Origin: Felis catus
Lineage: Eukaryota
Direction of reading: 5' to 3'
Length of the DNA: 64,000 nt
Assembly: GCF_018350175.1 (NCBI RefSeq)
Contig: NC_058373.1
Location: forward strand, 111,974,001 to 112,038,000
Part shown: in pieces, positions 38,711-51,318 of the stretch
Position numbering within the stretch: the first letter of the stretch is position 1
How the letters are laid out: the number at the start of each line of letters is the position of its first letter
Position numbers and translations under genes: made by a program
The notes under the pieces: model-generated
The model's database searches: none
The model's input: the letters and a program-made list of their open reading frames with translations, nothing else
Told to the model about the DNA's origin: nothing

Positions 38711-38947
38711 TTTTTTTTTTTTTTTTTTAATTTTTTTTTTCTCCACGTTTTTATTTATTTTTGGGACAGAGAGAGACAGAGCATGAACGGGGGAGGGGCA
38801 GAGAGAGAGGGAGACACAGAATCGGAAACAGGCTCCAGGCTCCGAGCCATCAGCCCAGAGCCTGACGCGGGGCTCGAACTCACGGACCGCGAGATCGTGA
38901 CCTGGCTGAAGTCGGACGCTTCACCGACTGCGCCACCCAGGCGCCCC
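38711..38947 (-). mobile_element. Very young SINEC_Fc
   Basis: CpGs intact, long T tract; perfect TSD gagactggagatttctt at 38694-38710 and 38950-38966. Confidence 0.98.
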
Positions 38948-41086
38948 AAGAGACTGGAGATTTCTTAGAGAGTGAACATAATTAGAAAAGGGGACTTCTC
39001 TTGAGTCAGGCCATCTTTAGAAATCTGGAAGAGGCCTGGCAAGCAACAGAGGTGTGAGGAAAGTCAGACGGGTGGTGTCCCAGGAGCAGGAGGATGTGAG
39101 AAGCGAGGGGTGACTGGTGTCACGCACTGCCAGGAGGAGAGGAGAGAAGGACAGGACTGAACCAGTGGATTTGCACAGTAAGGTTGCCGGTGACCTTAAT
39201 CAGGCTGGTTTTGTAGAGTAGTGAGGATAAAAGACTATTTGGGGCCATCTCAAGGGGAAATGGAAGAAATGGAGAGAGTGAGTACAGACACCTTTTTTTT
39301 TTTAAACCTTTTACTGCAGAGAGGAACAGAGAAATGAGGCTTTAGCAGGAGAGAAACACAGGGTCAAGAGAGAATAACTTTTCTCTAAGCTGGGAGTTAT
39401 TATAGCATGTGTTTGATGTTGATGGGAATGACCTGGTGGAGAACAGGGATTCCTGCAGGAGTAAAATGCCAGAATAGGGATCCAGGCCCTGGGAAAGGAG
39501 ACAGCAAGGATGAGTACAGAGGTCAGCAGGTTGGAACATACACTGGGGGGATGTGGATGTGTCCTATGGAAATAACAGTAACCACCAGGAACACATACAT
39601 GGCATTCGACACTTTACAGAGAGGTGCCCCTTCATCGCCTCACGGAGATAGTTTTATTTCATGCACAAAGACAATTGTATCTCAAGGAAGGTAAGTAACT
39701 TGTGTCTGGTCACCCATTGGTAGGGTCAGAGTCAGATGGCAGGTTTTTGGGACCAGCTTCAGAGAGAGAACCAATCATGGAAGTTTTGGTCAGTTGGTTT
39801 TCTCAGTCCATGGGGGTGATTCCTGCTTAGGACAACTGGAGATTACCTGAAGTAAGTCAGGCCTGCATGGCAGGTAGAGTTGTGAAAAATCAAGGTGAAA
39901 GATATCTTGTTGTCTTGTGAACTGAAGAGGTAAGACAACATATATTAGCCAGGCTAGAGGTATGTAGAAAAGACAGATAAAACGAGGAAGAAAAAGCTAG
40001 AAAATTCTAATAAGGACAAGATTTTATACCTGAACATTATCTGTTTATATAGGGTTTGTTTCCAGAGATCTCACCCACTCTAACAAAGTCTCTGGTGCTT
40101 GGGCTCCAAATGTTACCTCAATCACGTCACAATGGTTCCAAGGCCCCCCACCCATGCTGAAACTTGGCTACCATCGCCATTTTATATGGGATGCTCACAT
40201 ATGCCCACAGAACAGTCTGTCAGCTTTGGAATTCCTGCTTCTGCCTTGCTCTTTTCAGGCTCCTGTCCCTACTTGTGCATAGCCACAACAATGCTGTGTC
40301 CCTCCCCATGGCTTCTACCACTTGTGTCCACCGCAGGATGCCCTAGCTGGGCCAGGGACTGGCTTCTCTTCATGGCCTTGGGTAGGTGATTGGTGTAGGG
40401 TCCTGTGCAGAATCAGGGAGAACATCTTACTGCCCAACCTGGGCCACATTCCTTGTGGTGGTGTGGGGCCCAGAGCTTCGGTGTTTCATAACCTTCTGTG
40501 AGTCCCTGGCTTCACCCTAACTCTGTCTTCCACAGAGACAGTTTTTCCATTTTTGACCTCATTTTCCATTTTTGAGTCAAGCCCAGGTCAAAGGAATGAA
40601 CACGGAATGGATGCTACACCTTTTCACCACCTGTTCTTCTTTCCTTCTCATCACCAGCCCCCAACCCAAACCCCTCCTTTGTTACCATTTGAATCAAGAT
40701 TATCAACATCTGGGGAAGAAGTAGAGGCACTCTGCATGCCAACAACTCTGAACCCCACATCAGCCCCAATCTGCTTCCTCTGTCCTCTCCCTTGCTAACC
40801 AAGGGCTGACCGGCTGCAGGTGCCTGATCAGAGTGAGAGAACAGGAGGGGAAGAAGGGAGAGCCTAGTGATTGGTGGAGAATATCTCACCATCCTCTTCA
40901 AGCCTCTTCTGTGAGGGGGCCAAAGATTTCCCTAGGTCTGTTTATGCAGAACCAGTGAACAAAGAAAAACAGGTTCCACTGGGCTCTCTGTACCTTACTA
41001 GGGAGCAGAGTGCTGATACTGACTTCCTTTTAGGCTGTAGGGTGTAAGGGCAAGGATTATGTTTTGTTCAACCTGGCAGAGTGCTT

Positions 41087-41087
41087 C

Positions 41088-41122
<35 letters not shown>
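41087..41122. repeat. (CAGA)n microsatellite
   Basis: Seen directly. Confidence 0.95.
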
Positions 41123-41231
41123 AACACTCAAGTAAACTGCACACAACTTAAGGGCAACAAATGTGCCTGATACTTTTGTTACTCCCGCAGAGCCCCAGGA
41201 GTATTAGTCTCCTATTAAAATCTCATCATAT

Positions 41232-41428
41232 GGGGTGATGAGCCAAGGTGGCTCAGTCGGTTAAGTGTCCGATTCTTGACTTCAGCTCAGGTCACAACCT
41301 CAAAGTTTTGTGGGTTTGAGCCCTGCATCAGACTCTGCACACTGACAGCCCAGAGCCTACTTGGGATTCTCTCTCTCCCTCTCTCTCTGCCCCTCCCCCA
41401 CTCACACTCTGTCTCTCTTAAAATAAAC

Positions 41429-41466
<38 letters not shown>
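41232..41466 (+). mobile_element. CAN-SINE with (AAAT)n tail
   Basis: ggtggctcagtcggttaagtgtccga...; flanking repeat ctcatcatatg. Confidence 0.92.
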
Positions 41467-41468
<2 letters not shown>

Positions 41469-41559
41469 ATGCTCATCATATGCCTACTGACTACTGGTCA
41501 TTGAGAAGCAATTCAAGTATCAGGCCAAGAGTGCAGGCATGGGAAACAGAAGAGCTGGC

Positions 41560-41710
41560 TTCCGGTTCTGGCTCTGCTCTATGACCCTGAGCAAACCCTC
41601 CACCTCCTTGACCCCCAGTTTTCATCTTTCTGAATAAAGAACACCACTGGCATGTCACAGGACTCCGTGAGATGAAATAGTGCACGCAGAATTCCTGACT
41701 ACACTAGACT
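41560..41710 (+). mobile_element. MIR SINE
   Basis: ctatgaccctgagcaaacc...ccccagttttcatctttctgaataaag. Confidence 0.55.
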
Positions 41711-42396
41711 TGAAGTACTGGACAAAGAGAAGCATTCTTACACTGCTCTTCCCTCTCTCCTACCACAAGGCACACAAGCACATTGTAGAAAACCTTGAAA
41801 TCGATGAGCCAGACCCTTCCGCGTAGAGGGGACACGTCTACAGTTTCAAGGCTGTTAGCAAAACAACAAAGAAAACCACAGAAAGAGGAAGCCACTTCTA
41901 TGCCCTCTGGAAGACAGACAAGGGGCGCTTAGTAGAGAAGCTCAGGAACCCAGACAGAAAACTCATCCCCAAGTCCAGGGTCACTCGGTTCCTCTGCAGT
42001 GACCCAGAGTCAGGGCTAACTGGGCAGCAAATGAGTGGCAACAAGAGACTTTAAGGAGACATTGGCAGTTTCTACTTTTCCTGCAAGCAGATATGTTGGA
42101 AATAAAGCCTCATTTGGGGTCTCCCCCAAGTTAATGAGACTGAGCTCACAGTTCATTGACTTGCTTCACAGAATTTATTTTATGAGTCTCTCTAATCCAC
42201 ACTTTTCCTCTTCGCTTTGGGACTCAACCAAGGGAAACTTGAGAAATCCCACTGGCTTATTTATACTTACCATGAGGCCTCAGACGCAGTGTGCATTCAA
42301 TCAACAGAATTATTATTTCATCCTAAGAAAGAAAACATCATTTTGGAGATGATTTTAATTCACATACGTATACACACACATGCCCACATATACACT

Positions 42397-42399
<3 letters not shown>

Positions 42400-42440
<41 letters not shown>
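42400..42440. repeat. (GT)n microsatellite
   Basis: Seen directly. Confidence 0.95.
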
Positions 42441-42444
<4 letters not shown>

Positions 42445-44196
42445 CATATGTTTGTCTGTCTGTCTGCCTGTCTGAATGCTCAAGTTACAGTTGTAAATTT
42501 CCCCCAGGTACTGGGCTTCCTGTTAAACCTAGAATCCAGATGAATTTTACAGGGGAAGTCTCTCCCCAACTGAAGTCAAAATTTCTCCAACTGGCTCAGG
42601 AGAGAAAGAGAAAGATCTTGAACAACTGTTCTTTTTCAAGATGATGTCCCCAAGCAAAAGCCAGACCTCAGAGGGAACACCTACATCCACACTCAGGGAA
42701 AGGGGTCCTAGGCCTGGGTTTCCAGCCACAGTGAAGATTCTGATGTCCCAAATGTCATGTGGGAGGCGTGGAGGATGGACGTGTGCATTGATGACCAAGG
42801 TCGTCCCCTACCCTCTGCCCCACTTGGGACATAGAGCTTCAAGAATGGCTGACGTTAAATTTCCTCCTGGCTCAGTGAAACAGGAGGGTCAAATTAGGTA
42901 AATCAGAGATTATAAAAGTAAGAATTGTGCACTCTGAGTTTATGGATAAGATCCATTATCAATTCTGATGGGAAAATGATTTATTACCTAAATGAACACA
43001 GTTGGTTTGCTAGATTCAATCTTTGCAAAACAGTGTCTATGGAGAAAAATCTAAGTGGTTTTTTGGAAAGGAGAAAGTCCTTGGCAGCAAAGACATTGGA
43101 AATTGAGTTTGTGCCATAGTCCACGGGCACACAGCACTCTCTCCTCCCTGGCCTTCCCTGCTGTTTCCTGGACACCCATGAGAGAACCTGCCTGGGCATA
43201 CTGCTCTCAGGCTTTTGGGGGCAGAGCTGACTTGCTCTGCTTCAGATCAGCTTTTCATCATGTCAGTTACTTCATCACCTGCCCAGGAAAGCAATCTAAA
43301 AAGGGTGTGTCCGACTAGAAAGACAGGGTAAGCAGGATGCATATTTAGTCAGGGTCTTTGGGCTGTGAAGAACAGAGGCCCATTCATGTTAGTTTGCATT
43401 TTGGGAATCCTAAGGACATGCACGAGAGCAGAGGGGTGCCATGAAATCTAGAAACATCTGCATACCAGGCCTCGAGCAAATACAGGAACCTACTTCAGAC
43501 ATCCTCAGCCAAGGAATTTCATCAATCCCTACTGTGAACATTGACACTGCTAACATTGACAAAGGTCCCTTCTAACTCTGCTTCTGTGTCCCCAGGAGCC
43601 ACGTCAGCCTCTGCTCTAGCAACTCCCCTCTACCTCCTAACTTGTATGCTCATGGTCAGTACGTCCTCCTGGACTCTTCTATATCATACCTGTGTCCTGC
43701 CTTCTCTCAAGGCGCTGGTCTATCTCTGCTTCTCCTATAAACTAACCAATTCTGTCCCTAATTCCAGTCCGGATTTCTAAGGAAGACTCATGATATCCCT
43801 GTTTGGCAGAGCTTCCATGTCATGTGATGTCAGAGGCCACCATCAGCCAGGCTATGGATTTCCTAATCCACACGTCAGACACCTTCTACTGGCCTGATTG
43901 GTTTAAGCCACAGCAGTGAGGTTCCACTACAGAGACCTCAGCCACTACCTTCGTAATCACGAAGCAGTGCATGAGAATTTCTTACTATGAGGCTGTGGTC
44001 ATGGCAGGCTTTTCGAAACTTAGCCTATTTGGAACAATTAGGATGTCAGAGAGCCATTGTCAATTAGCTGAGCGTAGTTTTGTGTTATCTCTTGGGTTGT
44101 ATTAAATAAACCAGTTTTTAAACCCTAATTTACAGAAGCTCGTCCTCTCCATTTTAAGCAAGTTCACCACAGACATTTGACCAACTGTCCATTTTA

Positions 44197-44218
44197 TTTT
44201 TTTTAATGTTTATTTATT

Positions 44219-44253
<35 letters not shown>

Positions 44254-44422
44254 ATGAGCAGGGGTGGGGGACAGGGCGGAGGCAGAGAGTGGGGAACATA
44301 GGATCTGAAGTGGGCTCTGTGCAGACAGCAGTAAGCCCGATGTGGGGTTTGAACTCATGAATGGCGAGATTATGAGCTGAGCTGAAGTTGGACACTTAAC
44401 TGACTGAGCCACCCAGGTACCC
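44197..44422 (-). mobile_element. CAN-SINE with expanded (GA)n
   Basis: aatgtttatttatttttgagagag...gactgagccacccaggtaccc. Confidence 0.93.
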
Positions 44423-45229
44423 AACCCACTTTCTACTTTAAAATAGAAGATACAGGCAGGCAGAAAAGGGGGCTTAGATGCCTGACAAGAGTCCCAGTTC
44501 CAGGGCCTCCTATTCAGCATGTCAGGAGCTTCTCAGTGCCCCTCAATGGGGACATGGCTCCTCCCTCATAACAAAGGCTCATGTTTCTAGGACAGTTCTG
44601 AAAAAAACCCACCCAAGAAGGACTGTCTTTGCCACTCATTTCATTCCACTGTCTCATCCACCGGCAAACAGAGCAAGGACCTGGGTCTGAAGCTGTCACC
44701 TGCCTTAACACAAGATACGTGCCCCAACAGGCATCCTTTGGCACCCCACTCTCAGGTGCTGGCTCAGCAGAGCAGGTCATCTTGGTCACTGGCAGCTGAG
44801 AGGTTGCCTCTGTGGCCTCTAGGGGCCTGTGGATGGGAACTGCTGCCTCCAACCCCATGTCCCCAGCAAGGGCCACTTGAGTGGAGCGTAAAGAGGCTGC
44901 TGCAATCAAACAAGCCAGCAAAATGAGCGCACTTGTGCTCGGTGGTGCAGCAGGAAATTGGCCTTCTTTGCTTTTAACAGGTCATTTCTCCAGCAGTGTT
45001 ATGATTACCAAAGACAATCAGGGCAGTTGGAAACCTGGAATATTTGTACCCTTTATTCTGTTTGGGCCTCAAGCACCAAACATATTAAGTCCATGCCCTG
45101 GAGGGCCCCTCCCCTTCAGAGAAAATGTTTAGCAATTGAAAGGCACTCATTAATTGTTTCCAATTCCCCAGTCAATATTCTAACAATTAACATGATTATT
45201 TACTACTTAGTGATGTGCTGAAGATATTA

Positions 45230-46907
45230 CAGTCTTTCTTCTACCTCCTTCTGTTTTCCATCAGGAATGAGTAGCAACATTAAACTATTCATAATATCTG
45301 CTGGCAGTCAGTATAGTTTTAAATAATATACATATACATCTACTTTTTTGTGGTTCCATCAACTTTTGGCAGTATTTCTTGACCACCACCTACCACTCTG
45401 AGGATCTTACTGTTCCTAACCTACTTCTCTTGTTTTCTTACCCATGCTTCTGTTGTTATCCATATTTGCCTTTACATCAAACCATGTAAATTGTGTTTAC
45501 AGGGTGAGTCTAAAGTTAACAAGCCAATAAGTACCTTTTTTGTTGTAATTACTATCTAAATATTAATCACTACAGAGCCAAATGGTATCATATAATTACT
45601 TTTCTTTCTCTATAAGTAAAATGTCATGACCCTTGGGACATTTGGAAAAGAATGTTGTTAGTGTCAAGGTCGAATAGATGATTTGTCCTGACACTCAGCC
45701 AATGCTCCAATTAGGTCACAATATAATAAACATTTACATGTCACCCATGACTTTGTTATAAAACTATTTTTTCCAAGATATCTAATTGCCTTTTGTTTTT
45801 CTTGTTGAAAGAAGATAATAAACTGTTAAAATATCCTTAATTTTTTTCTGTCTCTCAATGATAGTGTTTCATGGAATCCCTATTTTATCCAAAGACAACC
45901 TCCAAGGGTCTTCTCTCCCTGCAGATCAGTTGTTCACCAGGCCTGATGGAGTTGCCATGCTAGGACTTTCCTTTACCACACTGTACAGTTAGAACACTCT
46001 TTCTTACTCATGGCTTTCTTTTTCCTTGCTTTTGCTAGACTTACTCCCTTATTTTGCCAAGTAGATATTTTCTGAGTCCCTGTGTGTCTAAAAAGGTATT
46101 TCACTGCCCTACCCGCCCCCCCCCCACACACTTGATTGACAGTTTGGCAGGATGCAAAATTCTAGACCAAATTAAACACAGTTCAAAATAATTTTCCCTT
46201 AGAACTTCGTGGCATGAACTTACCATCCAGTATTGTTGATGCCACTGATTTTTGTTTCAATGCAGGCTAATTGATTTGCTAGTTTGCTTCACCCTGAAAA
46301 CTTTGAGGGTCTTCTCTTTATTCTGACCTTTCTGAGTTTGGTCAAATTATTTATGTGTGGATCTTTTTCCTTTTATGCTGCTCAGCAGTTGATGAGCCCT
46401 GTCAGACTGAAGACTTGTACTTGTCTTCAACTCTCAGAAATTTTCCTCACGATTAAAAAAAAAAATACTACCCTGTATTTTATAATTTAAATTCTGGAAC
46501 TACTACTGGTCATATGTTGAATTCTGGATTGATTTTTCCTTTTCATTTTTTTCCCCTCATGTTTTCTGCCTACCTTTTAGCTCTATAGTTTGGAATATTG
46601 CTTTGTTTTTATTGTGAACACTTGTTACTAATTTTTAAAGTTTTTAGCATGATTTTTTTACTACAAGAGTTCATTCTTTGACCATTTATTATATTATTCA
46701 CCCTATTCTTGTCTTGGATACAATGTCTTCTCAGTTGTCTATGAAGGCATAATCGGATTTTTTAAAGTTATCGTTTCCTGAAATAGCTCCTCCAGAGTCC
46801 ATTATAATTATTTTGGTCCTTCTTTTACATACTGCTCTTCTTCCTCGTGTTTACTACTCATTCATATTCTACAATAAGAAACAAGGCTGATTATTCTAAG
46901 TAGTTGG
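45230..46907 (-). mobile_element. Very old L1M-like sequence
   Basis: T-rich antisense L1 features (ttgattgacagtttggcaggatgcaaaattctag, ttttcccttagaactt). Confidence 0.5.
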
Positions 46908-47250
46908 TGATAAAATGAAGGAAAATTTCAGATTTTCACGTTTGTGGGCCCTACTCTCAGGTTCCTAAGGAAGCTACACTCTAGCATTTACTAAGGTCAA
47001 AGTTACTTGGCAAAAATTCAAAGCATGGGGTCTATTTATGCCCCCCAGAACACATTATACATCTTCTTTTGTTTTAAAAAAAACAATAATAACCAGAAAG
47101 AAGCATTCCAAACATAAAGATAAGAAAAATTTTTAAAAACTGCTTGATTCCCATGATATTAAAGTCATACAACCTCGAACATATTAGAAACACAAGATAA
47201 AGTCTGCAACTTTCTGGAATGTCCTTCATCATGGTGATTGGTAACTTTTA

Positions 47251-47446
47251 AATATTTTTTAAGTTTATTTATTTATTTTGAGAGTGAGCTTGGGCAGGGA
47301 AGGGGCAGAGATAGAAAGAATCCCAAAGAGGATCCACACTGTCAGCACAGAGCCCAACACGGGACTCAAACTCAAAAACCATGAAATCATGATCTGAGCC
47401 AAAATCAAGAGTCAGATGTTTAACCAATGGAGTCACCCAGGTGCCC
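47251..47446 (-). mobile_element. CAN-SINE (Fc2-like)
   Basis: Typical body; degraded TSD tggtgatt..taact. Confidence 0.92.
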
Positions 47447-47612
47447 TGGTGATTTTTAACTCTTTATGTGAAAGGAAAACAAACAAACAAACAAAAACCT
47501 CTGTACCAAATGTTCTTTCCCCCAAGCACTGTCTTCCTTATGAAGATTGTGTATCCCAGGCAGCTGTCCTAACTTGGGCTCAAGTAAACTCTTTTCTTTT
47601 TCCTTCAAAATT

Positions 47613-47833
47613 AAAAAAAAAAAAATTTAAACATTTATTTATTTGTAAGAGATAGAAAGAGTCAGAGCATGAGTGGGATAGGGGCAGAGAGAGAGAGGGA
47701 GACAGAATCCGAAGCAGGCTCCAGGCTCTGAGCTGTCAGCACAGAGCCCGACACAGGGCTCAAACTCACGAACCGTGGGATCATGACCTGAGCCGAAGTC
47801 GGATGCTTAACCAACTGAGGCACCAGGCGCCCC
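47613..47833 (-). mobile_element. SINEC_Fc
   Basis: TSD tttcctt(c/a)aaaatt. Confidence 0.96.
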
Positions 47834-49696
47834 TTTCCTTAAAAATTTTTAAAAAGTCTTCTTCATTTTGCATTGATATTGGTATGATTTCTTTCTGCTA
47901 CTTTATAGGACTATATAATTATTTTCCCAACAGACCTCTGTCCTGAATTGTAAGGCTGATGGTAACTGCTGTGTATCTGAATAGGATATATTTAATAGAA
48001 GGCTTTTCTTTAGGGTGATCAGTGAGGAATAAGCTACCTAAATTCCAGAAGAAAAAATGCTTGGTTCTGGGGCAGCAATAATCCCCAAGAGTCTTCACTC
48101 TCTGTAGGTTGCTTGTTCTCTTTATTTAGAGAAAGAGCAGAGTTCTCAGTTTGGGTTTGTTTTGCTTTTTGTTTAAGTTTTTGTTTATTTGCTTTTTAGT
48201 CTTGGTGCAAATTCAAGCTACTAGTTGTTCCATAAAGGGAGGCCAAAGAGAAGGGGAGTAGGGGGTGGACTTCTCTCAGCTTCAATCAGTCCTTCTCTCT
48301 GTAGCTCCCTCTCACCATTGCCCTCCATATGTATTAACTCAGAGTCCAGAACCTCTTCAAGGTTTTATGGAATCAGCTTCCACCTCTCCTCAAGCCCCAT
48401 GGTAGCTTCCTCTGCTTCACTCACCAATCAACACATTCCAATCTTCCCTATTCTGAGAATTTCTTGAAATCATTTATTTATTCACCAGTGATTTCTCCTT
48501 CCACACTCTTTACCATCATAAATCTATTCCTTTGTGTGTTTCTCTAAATCCTGAATTTCAGCTGGGACTCAGGGAATAAGGGGAGTCCATGAGTGAGTAG
48601 TTTTCACACCCTAAATCAGAAGCCCCCACCCCTTCCTTTGGGTGTTTAGACGAGGGGAGAGGGGAGCAGTATTTCCCCTCCCCCAGAGCCAGAGCAGGGG
48701 CATCAGTGGACACTGCCCATGGAGGACAGTTGTACCAAACAGAATGGCTCTCTCACAAGAGTCATGAGCCACAGAGGCTATGTGTCAGCAGGGCAAAGAG
48801 GACAGACTAGAAGCCCTTGAGAGACAATGGTGAGTCAATTGTCTGAATCAGACAATTGTGAGTCTGTGAGTCAATTGTCTGCAGAATCTGATAAATAATT
48901 AGGGGTCACTTTAAGAGGGTAGAAAAGAAGGGGTTAATTGCTAAAACTGGGCAAGCAGAAGTTCATTTCAACATATGTTGGCGATAAGAAAGGAAGTGTA
49001 ACCTTATATTATAGCCTGAGTTGCTCTTTATAAATTTGCTTCCACAGAAGTGTTAGTAAAGTTCAAGTGAAGATCAATTTTTAGAATATAGAAGTTCACC
49101 TCCAGGGACAAATTTTTGTTTGGCACAAGTAATTTGCCTGTTATATAATGTTTGACCCAAAGTGAGGCTAGGATCTTAATATTTATTAAGATTCTAATAC
49201 ATGTTATGAATGTTACATATCTTATTTCATTCAATACTCACAAGAACTCCATGAGATTCACTCATTCCTTCAATCAAGTAAATTTAATGAGAAGCCTACG
49301 TATGTATGTCCTGTGCTTGGATGGGGAGTACAATGGTGTATGAAAACCATTGTATCATTGGCCACCACCACTGGCTTACTGTGTTTCCAGTCTAGTGGAG
49401 GATGCATACTTAATTAAATAATTACCTACTTATAAATGTAAAATTATAACTACAAGTTCTATAAAGTACTATGTGATATCTATCAGAATGCACAAATGAG
49501 AAACCTGACCTTTAATGAGGGAGGACCAAGCAAGGCATCTCTAAGAAAATGACACTTGATCTGAAAACAAACAAACAAATAAATAGAGTTAGCCAGTTGA
49601 AAAGGAGGAAGAGGCTATTCTGAGTAGAATACATAACGTGCAAAGGCGCTGGGGTGGAGAGAACATGGCATTTTTAGGTGTATGAAAGAAGAACCA

Positions 49697-50436
49697 TTTG
49701 GCAACCACTCTAGTAATAATTATTTCATGCAGTAATCGTCATTGGATTCTAATATCAGATGAAATGTTTGATAAGGAACAGGTCTACATAGTCTCAAAGT
49801 ATCTCTCATAAGATTTTTTTATTACAAAGGGAAAAATAGTAACATTTCAATGGAGGAACTTGATAGACATCACTTTTACTAAATGACCAAAGTTAATATC
49901 ACATCAGCAGTAACAGAATACACTGATATCACATGCCTCCTGACATAATGCACTAAGAACACTAAGTGACTTCTATGATATTCCTCCCCCAAATGTATAA
50001 CCTGTATCTAATTATGAGGAACCATCAGGTAACCCAAAATGAGAGACATTCTAAAGCAGGACTCTAAAAATGTCAGTGTCATAAAAGACAAAGAGAGACT
50101 GAGGAAGTATTCCAGATTAAGGAATTGGAAGAGAAATGGAATTTATGTAGAATGTGTGATCCTGAATACTGGAGAAGAAAACATTATTTTCTTTAGCTAT
50201 AAATGACATTAATGGGATAACTAGTGAAATTTGAAAGAGGTTTGTAAATTAGAAAACAGGATGATATTTAAATTTTTTTGATGCCCTAAAAAGTACAGAA
50301 GAATATAGAAAGAATGATAAATATAGTAAAATGTAACATTAGAGGAATATGCATGAAGGGTAAACAAGAATTCTTTGTACTATTTTTGCAGTCTTACTTT
50401 AAGTCTGAAATTATGTCAGCATAAAAGATTAAAACA
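49697..50436 (+). mobile_element. L1MC-type 3'UTR
   Basis: tttggcaaccactctagtaataatt...acatagtctcaaagtatctc...ttctttgtactatttttgca...aagtctgaaattat. Confidence 0.7.
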
Positions 50437-50439
50437 ACA

Positions 50440-50537
50440 GGGACACCTGGCTGGCTTAGTAGAGCAGGCAACTCTTGATCTTGGGGTTGTGAGTTCAAGC
50501 CCCATATTAGGCCTAGAGCTTACTTAAAAAAAAAAAG
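50440..50537 (+). mobile_element. Short tRNA-like carnivore SINE lacking the CT tract
   Basis: gggacacctggctggcttagtagagc...gagttcaagccccatattaggcctagagcttacttaaaa; TSD ttaaaacaaca. Confidence 0.85.
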
Positions 50538-51292
50538 TTAAAACAACAAAAATATGTGACAGGAGACCCTGATAAGTGGAGCTCAATGAACAAAGAATGT
50601 GAGACCACATGCAGTCCTTGATAATCGTGTTAAGATGTTGGTCTTTATCCTGAAAGTGATGGGAAGCCACTGAAAGGCATAGGCAGGTAAATGATATGAT
50701 CACATCAGCATTTTGTAAAGATCAATCTGGTTTCAGGGCAGAGGAGGAGACTGTAGAGGACCAGAATAATTAATTATAGGGAGGTCAGTTAGATGGGAAT
50801 ATCATGGTAAAGTGCAACAGAGTGGTGGCAGTGGGCTGGAACACAGGGGAATGGATTAAAGAGCTATTTGGTGGTTAACACTGACAGTGGTTGGGATGGG
50901 TTGGAAGCAGGAGAGCAGGGTGAGCAGAGAGGGTGGGAGCAACTGAAATGAACTCCCCGGTTTCTGGTTTACACAATTGGATCGGTGACAGAGACCTTCT
51001 CTCAGATGGGGAAGATGGGAAGAAGACCGGGTTCGGGGAAGTCAGGAGTTTAGTTGTGGGTGTGTTGAGGTTCAGTTCCCTCTGGGACACCTAGGTACAG
51101 CTGTCAGGCAGGCAGCTGCACCTGCACGGATTTGGAGTGGAGGGTAAGGATGAGGCTGAGCTCCCTGAGAGAGCAGGGAGCAGGTACAGAGAGGAGAGCG
51201 AGCAGGGCCGGGGCCGGGGGGGGGGGGGGGGGGAGGGCGCCTTGAACACCTTTGTCTGGTGTATCTGTCTGTGTTTTTTCCCTCTTCCATAG

Positions 51293-51318
51293 GTGACTTA
51301 CGACTGGTCTTACGACTG
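51293..51318 (+). other. Candidate 26-nt micro-exon
   Basis: Acceptor ttttttccctcttccatAG|G and donor CTG|GTAAGT; no transcript evidence available. Confidence 0.35.

Larger units (their letters stand above)
37265..39520 (-). mobile_element. L2 LINE, interrupted by MLT1 and SINE
   Basis: L2 tail cattcatttc...tattcgacaagtattta at the left end; ccagtggatttgcacagtaaggttgccggtgacctt further right. Confidence 0.7.
46908..47878 (+). mobile_element. Probable ERV1-class solo LTR carrying two SINEs
   Basis: Starts TG; has cccaggcagctgtcctaacttgggctcaagtaaactc (R/polyA-like); ends ttgata; 4-bp flanking repeat ttgg at 46904-46907 and 47879-47882. Confidence 0.5.
49255..51250 (-). mobile_element. L2 LINE split by an L1MC 3' end and a short SINE
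   Basis: L2 tail attcactcattccttcaatcaagtaaattta; tctttatcctgaaagtgatgggaagccactga; caggagtttagttgtgggtgtgttgaggtt. Confidence 0.7.

Noticed and set aside
38609..38968. ORFs with [12 protein letters not shown] / AQSVKRLTSAQV motifs (also at 4763, 31564, 54904, 57832)
   Set aside because: Translations of CAN-SINE sequence, not genes.
50440..50537. tRNA-like sequence
   Set aside because: Has an A tail and TSD and an incomplete cloverleaf; it is a SINE, not a tRNA gene.
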